From a virus, in the IMG/VR virus record IMGVR_UViG_3300042910_000038: a stretch of DNA of 64,000 nucleotides; one strand, written 5' to 3'. The notes under the pieces were generated by a model that saw nothing but the letters and a program-made list of their open reading frames with translations, made no database searches and was not told the origin of the DNA. This document shows positions 54,369 through 63,658 of the stretch, piece by piece (the first letter of the stretch is position 1; every line of letters begins with the position of its first letter). The position numbers and the translations under genes are program-made.

Positions 54369-54500
54369 TTAAATTAGCTCGCAGTCCGTTGAACCACATT
54401 CCGTGCATTTAACAGTTACAAACCTTTTAGGCGAAGGCTTCAAGTAGAACTCTTTTCCACAACTTCTACACCTGTACTGGGCTTTTTGACGATTCTTCAT
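54369..54500 (-). CDS. Zinc-ribbon protein (43 aa)
   Basis: Manual ORF YRCRSCGKEF...KCTECGS. Confidence 0.55.
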   Translation of the reverse strand: MKNRQKAQYRCRSCGKEFYLKPSPKRFVTVKCTECGSTDCELI

Positions 54501-54521
54501 CCTATGAACTCACCCAAAATG

Positions 54522-55220
54522 TTAGCGGGTGGGTCGGGCGTACGTTTTAGGTTGCAACATCTTAAACGATATGCTTCTTGAAGCCCATATTAGGTAGAAA
54601 ACCTCGCTTATCACAGCTTTCACATCTCCAATATTTCTTGTGAAGACATTTCTTTCAATGTGGATGTGGACTGCCGGCAAACCATACCACTGATGGAAGT
54701 GAAGCTGGTCAACTCTCACATGGTGTATTCCAAACCAGTCCCGTATGAAGTCATAAGACTTTTCCGAAGTTGCCAACGCTACTGGAATGTCGCCTTCAAC
54801 CCTGAACATTCCAGAATCCGGAAAATATTCAAAGGAAACTGAGCCAACAGTCGCGGTTAAAGCGTAGTCGCTAAACCTTTCAAAAGGAAGAATCCACGGG
54901 TAGATTCCGCACTCTGCAAGGCGAAGCTCAACCCTTCTTCTAAACTCTCTATCCTGATAATCCAGCGTCATTATGGTCGCGCCGTAAGCTTTTGCACGGA
55001 CAGAAAAACCGCGTGCAGTCAAATCCTCAATAAGCTCTCTAATAAGCTTCTTAACCTCTTCTGGAAAACCCTCGGGAATTTCGCGTCTAACAACAGCTTC
55101 TTCCCCGTTTGGGTTTCCAACCTTAACCATCAGGGCTTGTGGACCACACTTGGCACAGAAATACCTGCCCAAGGGCTTTTCAACTGTTCGCCCGCACTTA
55201 ACACACTTGTAAGTCGGCGT
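54522..55220 (-). CDS. Zinc-leader protein 7 (ACG at the start position)
   Basis: Frame extends upstream of track start: ACG-PTYKCVKCGRTVEKPLGRYFCAKCGP. Confidence 0.6.
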   Translation of the reverse strand, partial: TPTYKCVKCGRTVEKPLGRYFCAKCGPQALMVKVGNPNGEEAVVRREIPEGFPEEVKKLIRELIEDLTARGFSVRAKAYGATIMTLDYQDREFRRRVELRLAECGIYPWILPFERFSDYALTATVGSVSFEYFPDSGMFRVEGDIPVALATSEKSYDFIRDWFGIHHVRVDQLHFHQWYGLPAVHIHIERNVFTRNIGDVKAVISEVFYLIWASRSISFKMLQPKTYARPTR

Positions 55221-55254
55221 CCCAACCCACCCAAAAAACTATCAGCTTTAAACG

Positions 55255-55596
55255 TTAAAAGCTTTTGCCCTCCAGCTTTTTCTCCACGCTTTCAAGCCTC
55301 TTCTCCAGCGATTCAACCCTCAAAGAAAGCGTTGCAATCTCCTGCCAAACGTCCTCCGGAACCCTGAACTCAACGGGCTTGCTCGGCTTAACCCTAGCCT
55401 TCCAACCTTCAAGCCACTCGTCGAAAGCCTTCAAAATCTTCCGCCTACAGTCCTCGCACAGATTCTGGTCAACAACCTCCTCAAACTTCTCCCTAGCAAC
55501 CCAAGGCTCCAAACCATAGACCTCAGCGTAGTTAGCCCCCAAAACACTCTCCAAACGCCAAGAAACAAGCTCCCACAACTTACCCATAAGAAACAC
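55255..55596 (-). CDS. Hypothetical protein with CxxC and coiled tail
   Basis: CEDC; LSLRVESLEKRLESVEKKL. Confidence 0.5.
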   Translation of the reverse strand: MFLMGKLWELVSWRLESVLGANYAEVYGLEPWVAREKFEEVVDQNLCEDCRRKILKAFDEWLEGWKARVKPSKPVEFRVPEDVWQEIATLSLRVESLEKRLESVEKKLEGKSF

Positions 55597-55607
55597 CCAA
55601 AAATTGT

Positions 55608-56723
55608 TTAGTCGGTGGTAATTATAGGCGCCAACCAGAACGTTATTTGGCTTCCGTATAGCTGTGTTAGTATTTCAGTTTTTATAGGCATGTCTGAAGC
55701 TAAATGCAACGTTGCTATGTCTCCTATTTTCGGCAGTATCCTTACAAGCTCTTCAGTTTTGAAGCTTGCCTTAACATCCCTGTAACCCTCTAAAGCCAAA
55801 AGTATATCCGAGCCTTTCTTAACGTTCACCTCAGCCTTAACCGTTTCACCCTTACCAGTCAAAGTTAAACCCTCATCCGTAGCCTCAATGGTAACCGTGT
55901 CAGCCTTCTGCTTAATCCTCTCAAGCTTAGCCACAAACTTGTCCAAGTCAACCTTAGCTAAAACTTTAAAGTCAACCTTTGGAACAGGCACATCCTCATA
56001 ATGCTCGTCCAGAAGGCTCAAAGTAAACCTGTCCCTAGAACTTCCAACATCAACGCGCACAATGAACTCGCTTTCCTTGATACTAGGCTCACTTGTCCAA
56101 ACACTTTCCTTACGCTTCCAGACGCGAACTTTGCCCCTCCACTTGCACGTTGAACCGTCAGGCAAACGCCAACCACATTTATACCGCGTCCCTTTCGGAC
56201 CCCTCTGATTTGGCATGAGCATGTTATAAACCGTTGGGTTTCCACATTTTGGACACGTTTCAGGCTTCCGCCTCTCAACCTCAATAACGCTTCTCCGACA
56301 ATTGTAAACCGTCTTAACCTCAAACTCAGCCTTAGAATACTTATCGCATTCAGCCAAAGCATACAATAGCTCGCTTGCCAAAACATGGACGGTTACAGGC
56401 AAATCAACAGTCTTCATTCTGGGCGAGGCTGGCGCAACCTCGTAAGATTCCATATCAGTCTTCGAAACGCTTACGTCAGCCAACTTGTAGCGGTCGCTAT
56501 CCATAAACCTCAAAGACAAACCGTCATAGCTAAAGGTTAAAGGCAAAGCATCCTCACTGTAGCCACCTTTAAGAAAGCTCTGATGCAAAGCCTTCAACAA
56601 ACTCCTAAAAGTCAACAACTGCTCGCCGCCAAAACTGAACCTGACAACAACGCCTCTTTTGAAAACTCTTGGCTGTTTAGACTTTTCCTTCTGAACAACA
56701 ACTTGCTCCGTCATACAAAACAC
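55608..56723 (-). CDS. pcn: PCNA (sliding clamp) homologue with zinc-finger insertion
   Basis: LTFSYDGLSLRFMDSDRYKL, YEDVPVPKVDF, ADTVTIEA, SDMPIK, FWLAP; insert CPKC...C..C. Confidence 0.78.
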   Translation of the reverse strand: MFCMTEQVVVQKEKSKQPRVFKRGVVVRFSFGGEQLLTFRSLLKALHQSFLKGGYSEDALPLTFSYDGLSLRFMDSDRYKLADVSVSKTDMESYEVAPASPRMKTVDLPVTVHVLASELLYALAECDKYSKAEFEVKTVYNCRRSVIEVERRKPETCPKCGNPTVYNMLMPNQRGPKGTRYKCGWRLPDGSTCKWRGKVRVWKRKESVWTSEPSIKESEFIVRVDVGSSRDRFTLSLLDEHYEDVPVPKVDFKVLAKVDLDKFVAKLERIKQKADTVTIEATDEGLTLTGKGETVKAEVNVKKGSDILLALEGYRDVKASFKTEELVRILPKIGDIATLHLASDMPIKTEILTQLYGSQITFWLAPIITTD

Positions 56724-56743
56724 CCAAAAAAATATATGCTATT

Positions 56744-57121
56744 TTGGTGAATTTCTTTTTTGTGAGATGTATGGCAACTGAGTATGAGAGATTGATGACT
56801 GAAGAGGAAAAGAGGCGTGCTGAACGTGAACGGAGATGGGAAAGAATTTCCCATGAAATGGAAAGAGAAGCTAGGGTGAGACTAGATGCTATTGGTAGGG
56901 CAATGTCAATATCAGCGGTTATCGATGAAGTCAAACTGGCGAAGCATAAGTTCAAAGGATACATAGACACTATCCGGAGAGACTTACCTGAATATGTTGA
57001 CGATGCAATAGCATCGGTAACTTTCTACTTAAGCGACATCTGGAGCAAAGGCAGAGAAAGAATAACTGAAATATACGATAAACTTGTAGGTGAAGAGTCG
57101 GTATACACAAAGCCTACGTAA
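56744..57121 (+). CDS. Isolated + strand helical protein
   Basis: Opposite orientation, AT-rich TATA-like upstream. Confidence 0.5.
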   Translation: MVNFFFVRCMATEYERLMTEEEKRRAERERRWERISHEMEREARVRLDAIGRAMSISAVIDEVKLAKHKFKGYIDTIRRDLPEYVDDAIASVTFYLSDIWSKGRERITEIYDKLVGEESVYTKPT

Positions 57122-57147
57122 ATCCAAAAGCAACACCCAAAAACTTG

Positions 57148-57390
57148 CTATTTTTCCTCTTCTTTATGTTTTACTGCAAGAGTGAATTCTCTGCAAACTT
57201 TAGCTAGGCTTTCCGCTTCGAAAGGTCTGTCCTTGTCGTCCCAGTTTCCAAGCAGAGGCTTAACAGCACGGTAAACAGCACAGACGTTTAAATGACTGCA
57301 ATACGTGCACTTCTTATCCACAAACCTACCTATGTCTCCTTCAAACTCCGCCAACCTACCCTTAACAGTAACAGTAGTCAAACGAAACAC
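57148..57390 (-). CDS. Cys-rich hypothetical protein
   Basis: CTYCSHLNVC...C. Confidence 0.5.
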   Translation of the reverse strand: MFRLTTVTVKGRLAEFEGDIGRFVDKKCTYCSHLNVCAVYRAVKPLLGNWDDKDRPFEAESLAKVCREFTLAVKHKEEEK

Positions 57391-57401
57391 CCAAAAATTT
57401 C

Positions 57402-57698
57402 TCAGCCAAAAACCAAGCCAGCAGTTTTCTGTATATACCTTCTGGCTAACGGATACTTCATCATCAGTTTATGATACTCCCTTAATGCTGGAACAACTCT
57501 CTCTTTCATGTCTCTCTCAGCATCGCCAGTCCTCGGCGGAAGCGTAGCAAGAAAACTCATCCACTCATCCATAAACCTAAAATACTCTTCCTTTTCGGGA
57601 GAAAGCCTCTGCAAACGAGTTCCACAAACCTTACAAGTGTAACTTCCCTCTGACAAGTCGACATATCTATTACACTTTGGACATTTATAAATCGGCAT
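57402..57698 (-). CDS. Zinc-leader protein 8
   Basis: MPIYKCPKCNRYVDLSEGSYTCKVCG. Confidence 0.7.
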   Translation of the reverse strand: MPIYKCPKCNRYVDLSEGSYTCKVCGTRLQRLSPEKEEYFRFMDEWMSFLATLPPRTGDAERDMKERVVPALREYHKLMMKYPLARRYIQKTAGLVFG

Positions 57699-57739
57699 TT
57701 AAATACACCCAAAAGCATGTTTCTCTTTTTATCAATAGT

Positions 57740-58195
57740 TTAGGTGTAAGGAGATACTGAACCATAATACTCTAGACAATTAGGCGGTATGTTCTTGAAA
57801 ACCAGAACTTTCTCTGGGCTTCTGATGATTCCCGCTTTTGCTTGACGTTGTAACCTATCCCAAATTCTTCTTCCGTAATACTTTATTATGCGTTCTGCAT
57901 CATCGTAGTATTGGTCATAGTCAACAATTCTTCCAGTCTCATCGAGCGCAAGCGTTATACTTTTGAAATCTGGGATTCCGTTGATAACGTCTTTTACGTC
58001 TAAATATGATAACCCTCTATCCGAAAGCCATCTTTCTAAATCATCGCCACAAAGCCTAGCTCCTCTCTTTAAAGGAAACACTTCATGTGACCCAACAGGT
58101 TCCATAACATAAGTCGGACCACAAACAGCACAGTAGTATGTCCCTTCTGGTTTTTCCACACGCCTGCCGCATTTTGGACACACATAAACCGGCAA
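57740..58195 (-). CDS. Zinc-leader protein 9
   Basis: TTG-PVYVCPKCGRRVEKPEGTYYCAVCGP. Confidence 0.7.
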   Translation of the reverse strand: MPVYVCPKCGRRVEKPEGTYYCAVCGPTYVMEPVGSHEVFPLKRGARLCGDDLERWLSDRGLSYLDVKDVINGIPDFKSITLALDETGRIVDYDQYYDDAERIIKYYGRRIWDRLQRQAKAGIIRSPEKVLVFKNIPPNCLEYYGSVSPYT

Positions 58196-58238
58196 TCTAA
58201 ACACCCAAAAAGATATTCGTTGACCTTTCCATATAAAG

Positions 58239-59119
58239 CTATTTGCCTATTGAAATTGCTAAGACCTTGTGCAGTTCAGCGTTCAAGTTCCGTTTAGTGA
58301 ACATGCTGGCTGTTTCGCTGTGCCAAATTGCACGAGTCACATCATCATAGACCTCCCATAGAGTTGCTGGCTTCAAAATTTCTATTTTGTTTTCAACAGC
58401 TTTAATGTATTCTGGCAGATACTTCTTTGGCAATCTTTCAGCAAGGCGTTCTGCAATTTCTTGGTTCAGCTTCAGCGCAGTCAAAGCCCTATAATTGTCA
58501 AGTATAGCCTTGCCCCTGTCAACAATCTCCAGAATCGTTGTCTTCAGCTTTCCAACGTCAAGCTCCAAATGCTTCGTATGCTTCCAATACGCCTTAATCT
58601 CCAAATCACCAGTCTTCACAACAACTCCATTGGAGCATATCAATCGAAAAGTAAACAGGTCTATGCCAAACCCCATAGAACCATTTCCGAGGAGACGTGC
58701 CTCCACACAGTCTCCTCTTCGGAGTTTCTCACTTGCACGCCTAACTGCACTTTGTCGCCTGTGTCTATCTTGTAGCGTTCTGGGAAAACCATTGTCCAGT
58801 AGGCTCTGAAGCTTTTCTCGTCGAAATCGTACACAGTTCTTCCGCCATGAACAAGCTCATGTCCGCTCCGCTTCATCACTTGTAAGCCAAACATCTCGCT
58901 CAGTTGCTCAACAGCTTGGTTAACCATAGCGTTCGGCAAAAGCCGGTATCCGCGGCTAACAATCGATATTACTCTAGGCTGTTCCTTGATTTCCTTGATT
59001 ATGGCTTTGAACGGAATCCGCTGACCCTTAAACTTCAACGGAGCTTCATAAAGCCCGTAGTCTGCGAACTTGTCGTCTATCCGCTCAAAGTCAAGCCAAA
59101 CACCAGACAGCTTTTCCAT
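58239..59119 (-). CDS. DUF932-like protein, spliced (exons 58717-59119 and 58239-58684; 282 aa)
   Basis: VSRGYRLLPN; after splicing VRNSEDGSMGFGIDLFTFRLICSNG. Confidence 0.75.
58685..58716 (-). other. 32-nt archaeal bulge-helix-bulge intron in a protein-coding gene
   Basis: CCGA-AG^A-GGAGAC-13 nt-GUCUCC-UCGG-AA^A; excision restores frame and NSxDG motif. Confidence 0.8.
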
Positions 59120-59143
59120 TTCAAACCACCCAAAAATGAAGGG

Positions 59144-59341
59144 TTAAGGAATCTCCTTGATGTATGCCATTTCCGAAAGCATTTCGGCAATATCGCTGAT
59201 TACGAGCAGAAGCTTGCGCACATCATTCACGCTTTCGATTTCCTTGTCTTTCAAGACTCTAACAGCTATATCAATCGAGTCGATAATCTCAGTTGAACTC
59301 ATCTCATCCCAAACCTTCGCTTCGATAAACACGTTTATCAT
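59144..59341 (-). CDS. Helical hypothetical protein
   Basis: Motif-delimited. Confidence 0.5.
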   Translation of the reverse strand: MINVFIEAKVWDEMSSTEIIDSIDIAVRVLKDKEIESVNDVRKLLLVISDIAEMLSEMAYIKEIP

Positions 59342-59387
59342 CTCCCATTATTCAAATGATATTTCAACACCCAAAAATGTTGTTTCA

Positions 59388-59615
59388 TTAACTTTCTACT
59401 CCTTCAAAGGTTATGACGATTTCCTCAGGCTTTGAATTCAAATGTTTAGGACACCGTATCCAAAACGGGTCTGGAACTCTCTTACAAATTATGTCTAAGA
59501 TGTCGGGTTCCAGCAGGTAAATTTTACATCCACATTCCAGCGTTGTTATTGTAGCTTTCGGCGTTCTTTCCTGCTTTAAAACTCTTATCGGCTTTTCAAC
59601 CATACAAACACCCAA
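59388..59615 (-). CDS. Small Cys-containing protein
   Basis: LECGC...CPKH. Confidence 0.5.
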   Translation of the reverse strand: MGVCMVEKPIRVLKQERTPKATITTLECGCKIYLLEPDILDIICKRVPDPFWIRCPKHLNSKPEEIVITFEGVES

Positions 59616-60042
59616 AAATGTTTTTTGCTTTAAGAGTGTGAAACTTGACTAAAACGTTGTGTTCAACTTTTTTCTTTTCTTGAATTTTTTCTTCTGTTAG
59701 TTTGCACAGTCTTTTCAGCATTGCCCAGAATCCTTTCTCTGAAGGTTTTTCAAGTCCGCATTTTACGTTTTCCAAGTGTTTTGCTAGGCATTCCCAGTAA
59801 GAGTTGGTGTTTACGTCTAGGAATGCTGTCCGAATTTTTAGGAAGCCATTATTTCTGAGTTCATACAACCATTTGCTGAATTCAAACCAGTCTTCGTCTG
59901 AAACTTCTGGGGCTAGTTGGCGGTATCTGAAAAACAGTCCAACAGCGTCCACGTAGCCAAGAGCAGATGGCATTCCAGTTCTGGCTTCCTTTTTAACCTC
60001 GATTTCGTAGGCTTTTAACAGCAGATTGAAGTCTTTCCTCAA
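59596..60042 (-). CDS. Hypothetical protein
   Basis: Array gene. Confidence 0.5.
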   Translation of the reverse strand: MRKDFNLLLKAYEIEVKKEARTGMPSALGYVDAVGLFFRYRQLAPEVSDEDWFEFSKWLYELRNNGFLKIRTAFLDVNTNSYWECLAKHLENVKCGLEKPSEKGFWAMLKRLCKLTEEKIQEKKKVEHNVLVKFHTLKAKNIFGCLYG

Positions 60043-60217
60043 GTTTATTCATACCTCTTGACTTCAACAACTTTAACTTCATAGTCGTAAGGGTCAAAGT
60101 CGCTGTCCTGCCAAAGAAAGTCCCAAGCCTCCTTTTCCGCTTCCTCTTTGTTTTCCGCTTCAACGTAGATGGTGAAGTTTTGCTTGAACGTAACCTTGTA
60201 GCGTTTTTTAACCATCT

Positions 60218-60484
60218 TTATCCCTCAACCGTTATGGAGTAGTCTGGTGAAACCTTATAGCATAGTTTCCCGTTCTCCTCAACCCATTCGGCTAGGTTCC
60301 GCCATTCCTCTTCCGCTGACGGCGAAAGTTCTTTTAAGGCATTTTTGAAGGCTTCTTCGTCCACTTCATAGATTCTGATTTCGCCATCTCCATTTTCTCT
60401 AACAATGTTTAGTGCAACCTTTAGGACTCTCCGTCCTTCTTCGGCTATGATTTGCCATGTATTTTCGACAACCATTTTAAACAC
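60218..60484 (-). CDS. Hypothetical protein
   Basis: Motif-delimited. Confidence 0.5.
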   Translation of the reverse strand: MFKMVVENTWQIIAEEGRRVLKVALNIVRENGDGEIRIYEVDEEAFKNALKELSPSAEEEWRNLAEWVEENGKLCYKVSPDYSITVEG

Positions 60485-60496
60485 CCAAAAACGTGT

Positions 60497-60943
60497 TTAT
60501 TTGATGTTTTGAAGCAGGTTGTCTAGCTTTTCCTTTGTCTCTTTTAGGAAACTGTCAACTTGTTCATTGAAGTCTTCTGGGCTTTCAGCAAGCTCTCCCC
60601 ATCTGCAGTCGTAAACGTTTACGACTACTTCGTACACGTATTTGCCTATGGTTACATCCTTGACAACCCTTACCTCGTTATTCTTGTAGTCTGAATCCAC
60701 GCGCTCAAAGAACCATAAGCCTTTCACGGCATCCTCACCGAACCGCTTCTTAAACTGCTCTTTAAGAAAGCCAGCGAAGTGCCAAAGCTCATTGACAATG
60801 TTTTCAAAGTCATACTCCCTGTTCAAGTAGACGCCCATATAGGCTTCAGCATCCTCTTCATCCTCGACAACCTTCTCCCTAATCAAATACTCCCTAAACT
60901 CATCCCACAAGCTCATACAAACACCCAAAAACGTTCTTATCAC
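60497..60943 (-). CDS. Acidic hypothetical protein (true start probably MSLWDEF)
   Basis: Motif at 60922. Confidence 0.5.
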   Translation of the reverse strand: MIRTFLGVCMSLWDEFREYLIREKVVEDEEDAEAYMGVYLNREYDFENIVNELWHFAGFLKEQFKKRFGEDAVKGLWFFERVDSDYKNNEVRVVKDVTIGKYVYEVVVNVYDCRWGELAESPEDFNEQVDSFLKETKEKLDNLLQNIK

Positions 60944-61226
60944 TTTCTGTTTCGTTGGCTTTTTGGGAATTCGATTTTTCTAGGAATTCGATGGCTTCTT
61001 CATCTATGATGAACAAGGTTTTTCCACATTCTGGACATTTATACTCGGCGAACAAGGTTTCTCCGCATTTTGGACATTTATAGAGGAATTCATACATGCC
61101 TTCTTCTTCCATTGTGCGAATGTATTCATACTGTGGTATATAGCCGTGGAGGCTTAACATGTATTCATCAATCGTATATTCCAACAGATAGTCTATTTCT
61201 TTTCCGCATTTTGGACATTTCGGCAT
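60900..61226 (-). CDS. Zinc-ribbon protein with duplicated CPxCG
   Basis: CPKCG three-fold pattern. Confidence 0.55.
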   Translation of the reverse strand: MPKCPKCGKEIDYLLEYTIDEYMLSLHGYIPQYEYIRTMEEEGMYEFLYKCPKCGETLFAEYKCPECGKTLFIIDEEAIEFLEKSNSQKANETESDKNVFGCLYELVG

Positions 61227-61244
61227 TTAAACACCCAAAAATGT

Positions 61245-61454
61245 TTAGTCTTCGTATTCTCTTCCATGCTTATCTATTTCAACAGTTCTTTCCGTATGGT
61301 ATGTTTCAGTCCACTCGCATCCGCATTCCTCGCAGATGTAGTAGTGGGTTTCCCATTCTTCACGCCAGTCGTATGCGTTTCCATCGTCCAGATATTCTGG
61401 ATAGCCGTCTGCCTCTCTCACGTTGTGGCTGTGGCATTCTGGACATCTAGGCAT
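61245..61454 (-). CDS. Zinc-ribbon protein
   Basis: CPECH...CEECG. Confidence 0.55.
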   Translation of the reverse strand: MPRCPECHSHNVREADGYPEYLDDGNAYDWREEWETHYYICEECGCEWTETYHTERTVEIDKHGREYED

Positions 61455-61699
61455 TATCCCTTCACCTCATCCAAAAAGCTGTCTATCACATCCCAGTTTA
61501 TGCCAACAGTTGAATCCCGCCTTCTATGGATTTCATCGATAATCTCTTCAGCCTTCTTTCTTGAAATTTTGATTCCACGCTCTTCAGCTCTCTCCAAAAC
61601 GTCTTCAACACACCATATGTCAACGGCAACATGCTCGTCTGGGCTACAATTTCTCAAAAGCCAATCAACAACCTCCTTCACAGTCGGCAATTTAACCAC
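61454..61699 (-). CDS. Hypothetical protein
   Basis: WCVEDV...DSTVGINWDVI. Confidence 0.5.
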   Translation of the reverse strand: MVKLPTVKEVVDWLLRNCSPDEHVAVDIWCVEDVLERAEERGIKISRKKAEEIIDEIHRRRDSTVGINWDVIDSFLDEVKG

Positions 61700-61711
61700 C
61701 CAAAAAGTTGG

Positions 61712-62107
61712 CTAACGAATTTTTATTCTATGCTTTCTTTTCAGGGCTTCTTCCAACCTCTCCCGTATGGTTTCCAGCTCCCTAATCACGAAATATTCAA
61801 GTTTAAAGTCAATTTCTCTAATGAAGTTCTCCCTGCTACTCGTAAGCCACTCAACCTTCTCCCTGAAAGCTCCTAAAACCTGCCAATAAACGTCGTTCAC
61901 AGAAAATATCACGTCATAGTCTAAATCGAAAAACCAGTCCAAAGCATCGCTTTCAAGCTCATACGTAGTCAACTCTGGAACTTCCTCCCTCGTAGCCCTC
62001 ATATACTCCTGCACTTCTGGATGGCTAAGCACTTTTTCAAGCAACTTATCATAATATTCATCAGACACAAAAACCACCCAAAAATAGACGAAAGCGCTTT
62101 TCCTCAA
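61712..62107 (-). CDS. Acidic helical hypothetical protein
   Basis: Motif at 62075. Confidence 0.5.
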   Translation of the reverse strand: MRKSAFVYFWVVFVSDEYYDKLLEKVLSHPEVQEYMRATREEVPELTTYELESDALDWFFDLDYDVIFSVNDVYWQVLGAFREKVEWLTSSRENFIREIDFKLEYFVIRELETIRERLEEALKRKHRIKIR

Positions 62108-62122
62108 AATTTTTTATAACGG

Positions 62123-62314
62123 TTACTTGATTTTCCGTATTCTAGGTTTTCTTGACTCTGTTACTTCGTAGCCTCTTCTTTCAAGCTCTTGGGCTATTGC
62201 TTCCAACTCTATCAAATCTCTCGAACCATAACACTCCAAGACATACACGCTTTCCCAAAGGCTGATGTAACGATTTTTAAGTTCCTCATCAGACATTTCG
62301 CTTAAACCTTTCAT
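62123..62314 (-). CDS. Hypothetical protein
   Basis: Motif-delimited. Confidence 0.5.
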   Translation of the reverse strand: MKGLSEMSDEELKNRYISLWESVYVLECYGSRDLIELEAIAQELERRGYEVTESRKPRIRKIK

Positions 62315-62527
62315 GATTTACACCCAAAAATTTCTTCGAGGAGTTCTCCCAGAACAGCCTCTTGGAACTCGTCGGTCAACTCGTGATATTGGCTTTCCCA
62401 CTCTTCCATAAGCTTCACAAAGCTTGGTGAGCAGGCTGGATGTTGAGCAAGTTTCTCCCTGAGCTTCCTAAGTAAACTGCAAAGTTCTCCTCTGAAATCA
62501 TTAAAACAACTGACAACAGGCTCCCAT
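62311..62527 (-). pseudogene. Small gene with 1-nt frameshift just after ATG (or sequencing error)
   Basis: ATGGGAGCC; removing one G gives MEPVVSCFNDFRGELC..., 71 aa. Confidence 0.4.
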
Positions 62528-62914
62528 CTACAACACCCAAAAACGCATCACTTTTCAACATAGACTATCCTATGTCCCCTTTTACACCTTTTACGAAGCC
62601 CTCTCCCAGTCCTAAGCGTCCAAGTATCACAGCTTAAAAGGTCGGACGGCATCAAACAAACAAAAGGCTCTCTAGAAACAACCCTAACAACATGCTCCAT
62701 TAACAACAACACCCAAAAATTTTCTTTTACTAAATTTTGTAGAATGCGGCAATCTCGTTAAGCAGAATCAACGCTTCCTCAAGCTTCTTCTGTTCATTTG
62801 GAAGGTAGTTCTTCCATCTAAGCTCTTTCTTCACTTCTTCAATAAGCTTCATCGCACGAACCAGTTTTTGAGACATATACTCCACGTTGAACACCCAAAA
62901 CAGAAAATTGTTGG

Positions 62915-63175
62915 TTAATGGTTTTTGAGAACTTCGTCTTGATGGAAAACTGATGGAATATCTTCCCTGTCTAACCCCTTGAACCTATCATTTATCTCGA
63001 CAACCATCCGTCTAGCCATATCAATATTTTCAGCATACAAAACTGCATCTGGCATTCTCCAGTACTTCTTTTCATCCTCCGTTATTGGAATCGGTTTTTC
63101 AATAAAACGTCCCTCATAGTCACTCCACACCACGCCATACATCTTCAAACGCCGTTCGCCAGACAACACCACCAC
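62915..63175 (-). CDS. Hypothetical protein
   Basis: Array gene. Confidence 0.5.
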   Translation of the reverse strand: MVVLSGERRLKMYGVVWSDYEGRFIEKPIPITEDEKKYWRMPDAVLYAENIDMARRMVVEINDRFKGLDREDIPSVFHQDEVLKNH

Positions 63176-63203
63176 CCAACAAACAGAAAAAAGATTGGGA
63201 ATT

Positions 63204-63551
63204 TTAAGCGTTTTTCACTTCAAGTCCCTTGAAGTAGCACAGAGGGTATGGCAGTTTGCCGTTTCTACTTGGAAACTTAAGCAAAAGCCTTTCACCATAA
63301 ACAACAGCATACCAGTATCCGTTATGCCATTCACATCTAATATCAATGCCCTTGAAAATTATTGTTGGAACACCATTCCGCCAGCCCATAAAAGAAATAA
63401 TAGTCCCCTTAGGAATGGTTATGCTCTTCGTCTCGTTGTGCAACGTAGTGTCTTTAGTCAAAATTCCCACAGCCATTTTGAAGCACCCAAAAGGGTGACA
63501 TCTCACCAGCATACCACCAGCCTCACCAAAAACAACATTCGGTATTACCAA
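63204..63551 (-). CDS. Hypothetical protein
   Basis: Array gene. Confidence 0.4.
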   Translation of the reverse strand: MVIPNVVFGEAGGMLVRCHPFGCFKMAVGILTKDTTLHNETKSITIPKGTIISFMGWRNGVPTIIFKGIDIRCEWHNGYWYAVVYGERLLLKFPSRNGKLPYPLCYFKGLEVKNA

Positions 63552-63658
63552 CCAGCATCACCAGAGAGTAAAAAGACTATGTTGATAAGTCAAAAATCTA
63601 CAAACCAAACCTCTACTATAAATGCTTTCAAAACACCCAAACAGAGAAAAAGGGAATT

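Noticed and set aside
56073-56312. PCNA insert as an intein or intron
   Set aside because: In frame, no Cys/Ser...His-Asn ends, and no BHB seen.
58683-58717. Alternative BHB register (UCCG/CGGA helix, 34-nt intron)
   Set aside because: Splicing would give an out-of-frame product; the CCGA/UCGG register (32 nt) restores the frame and the NSxDG motif.
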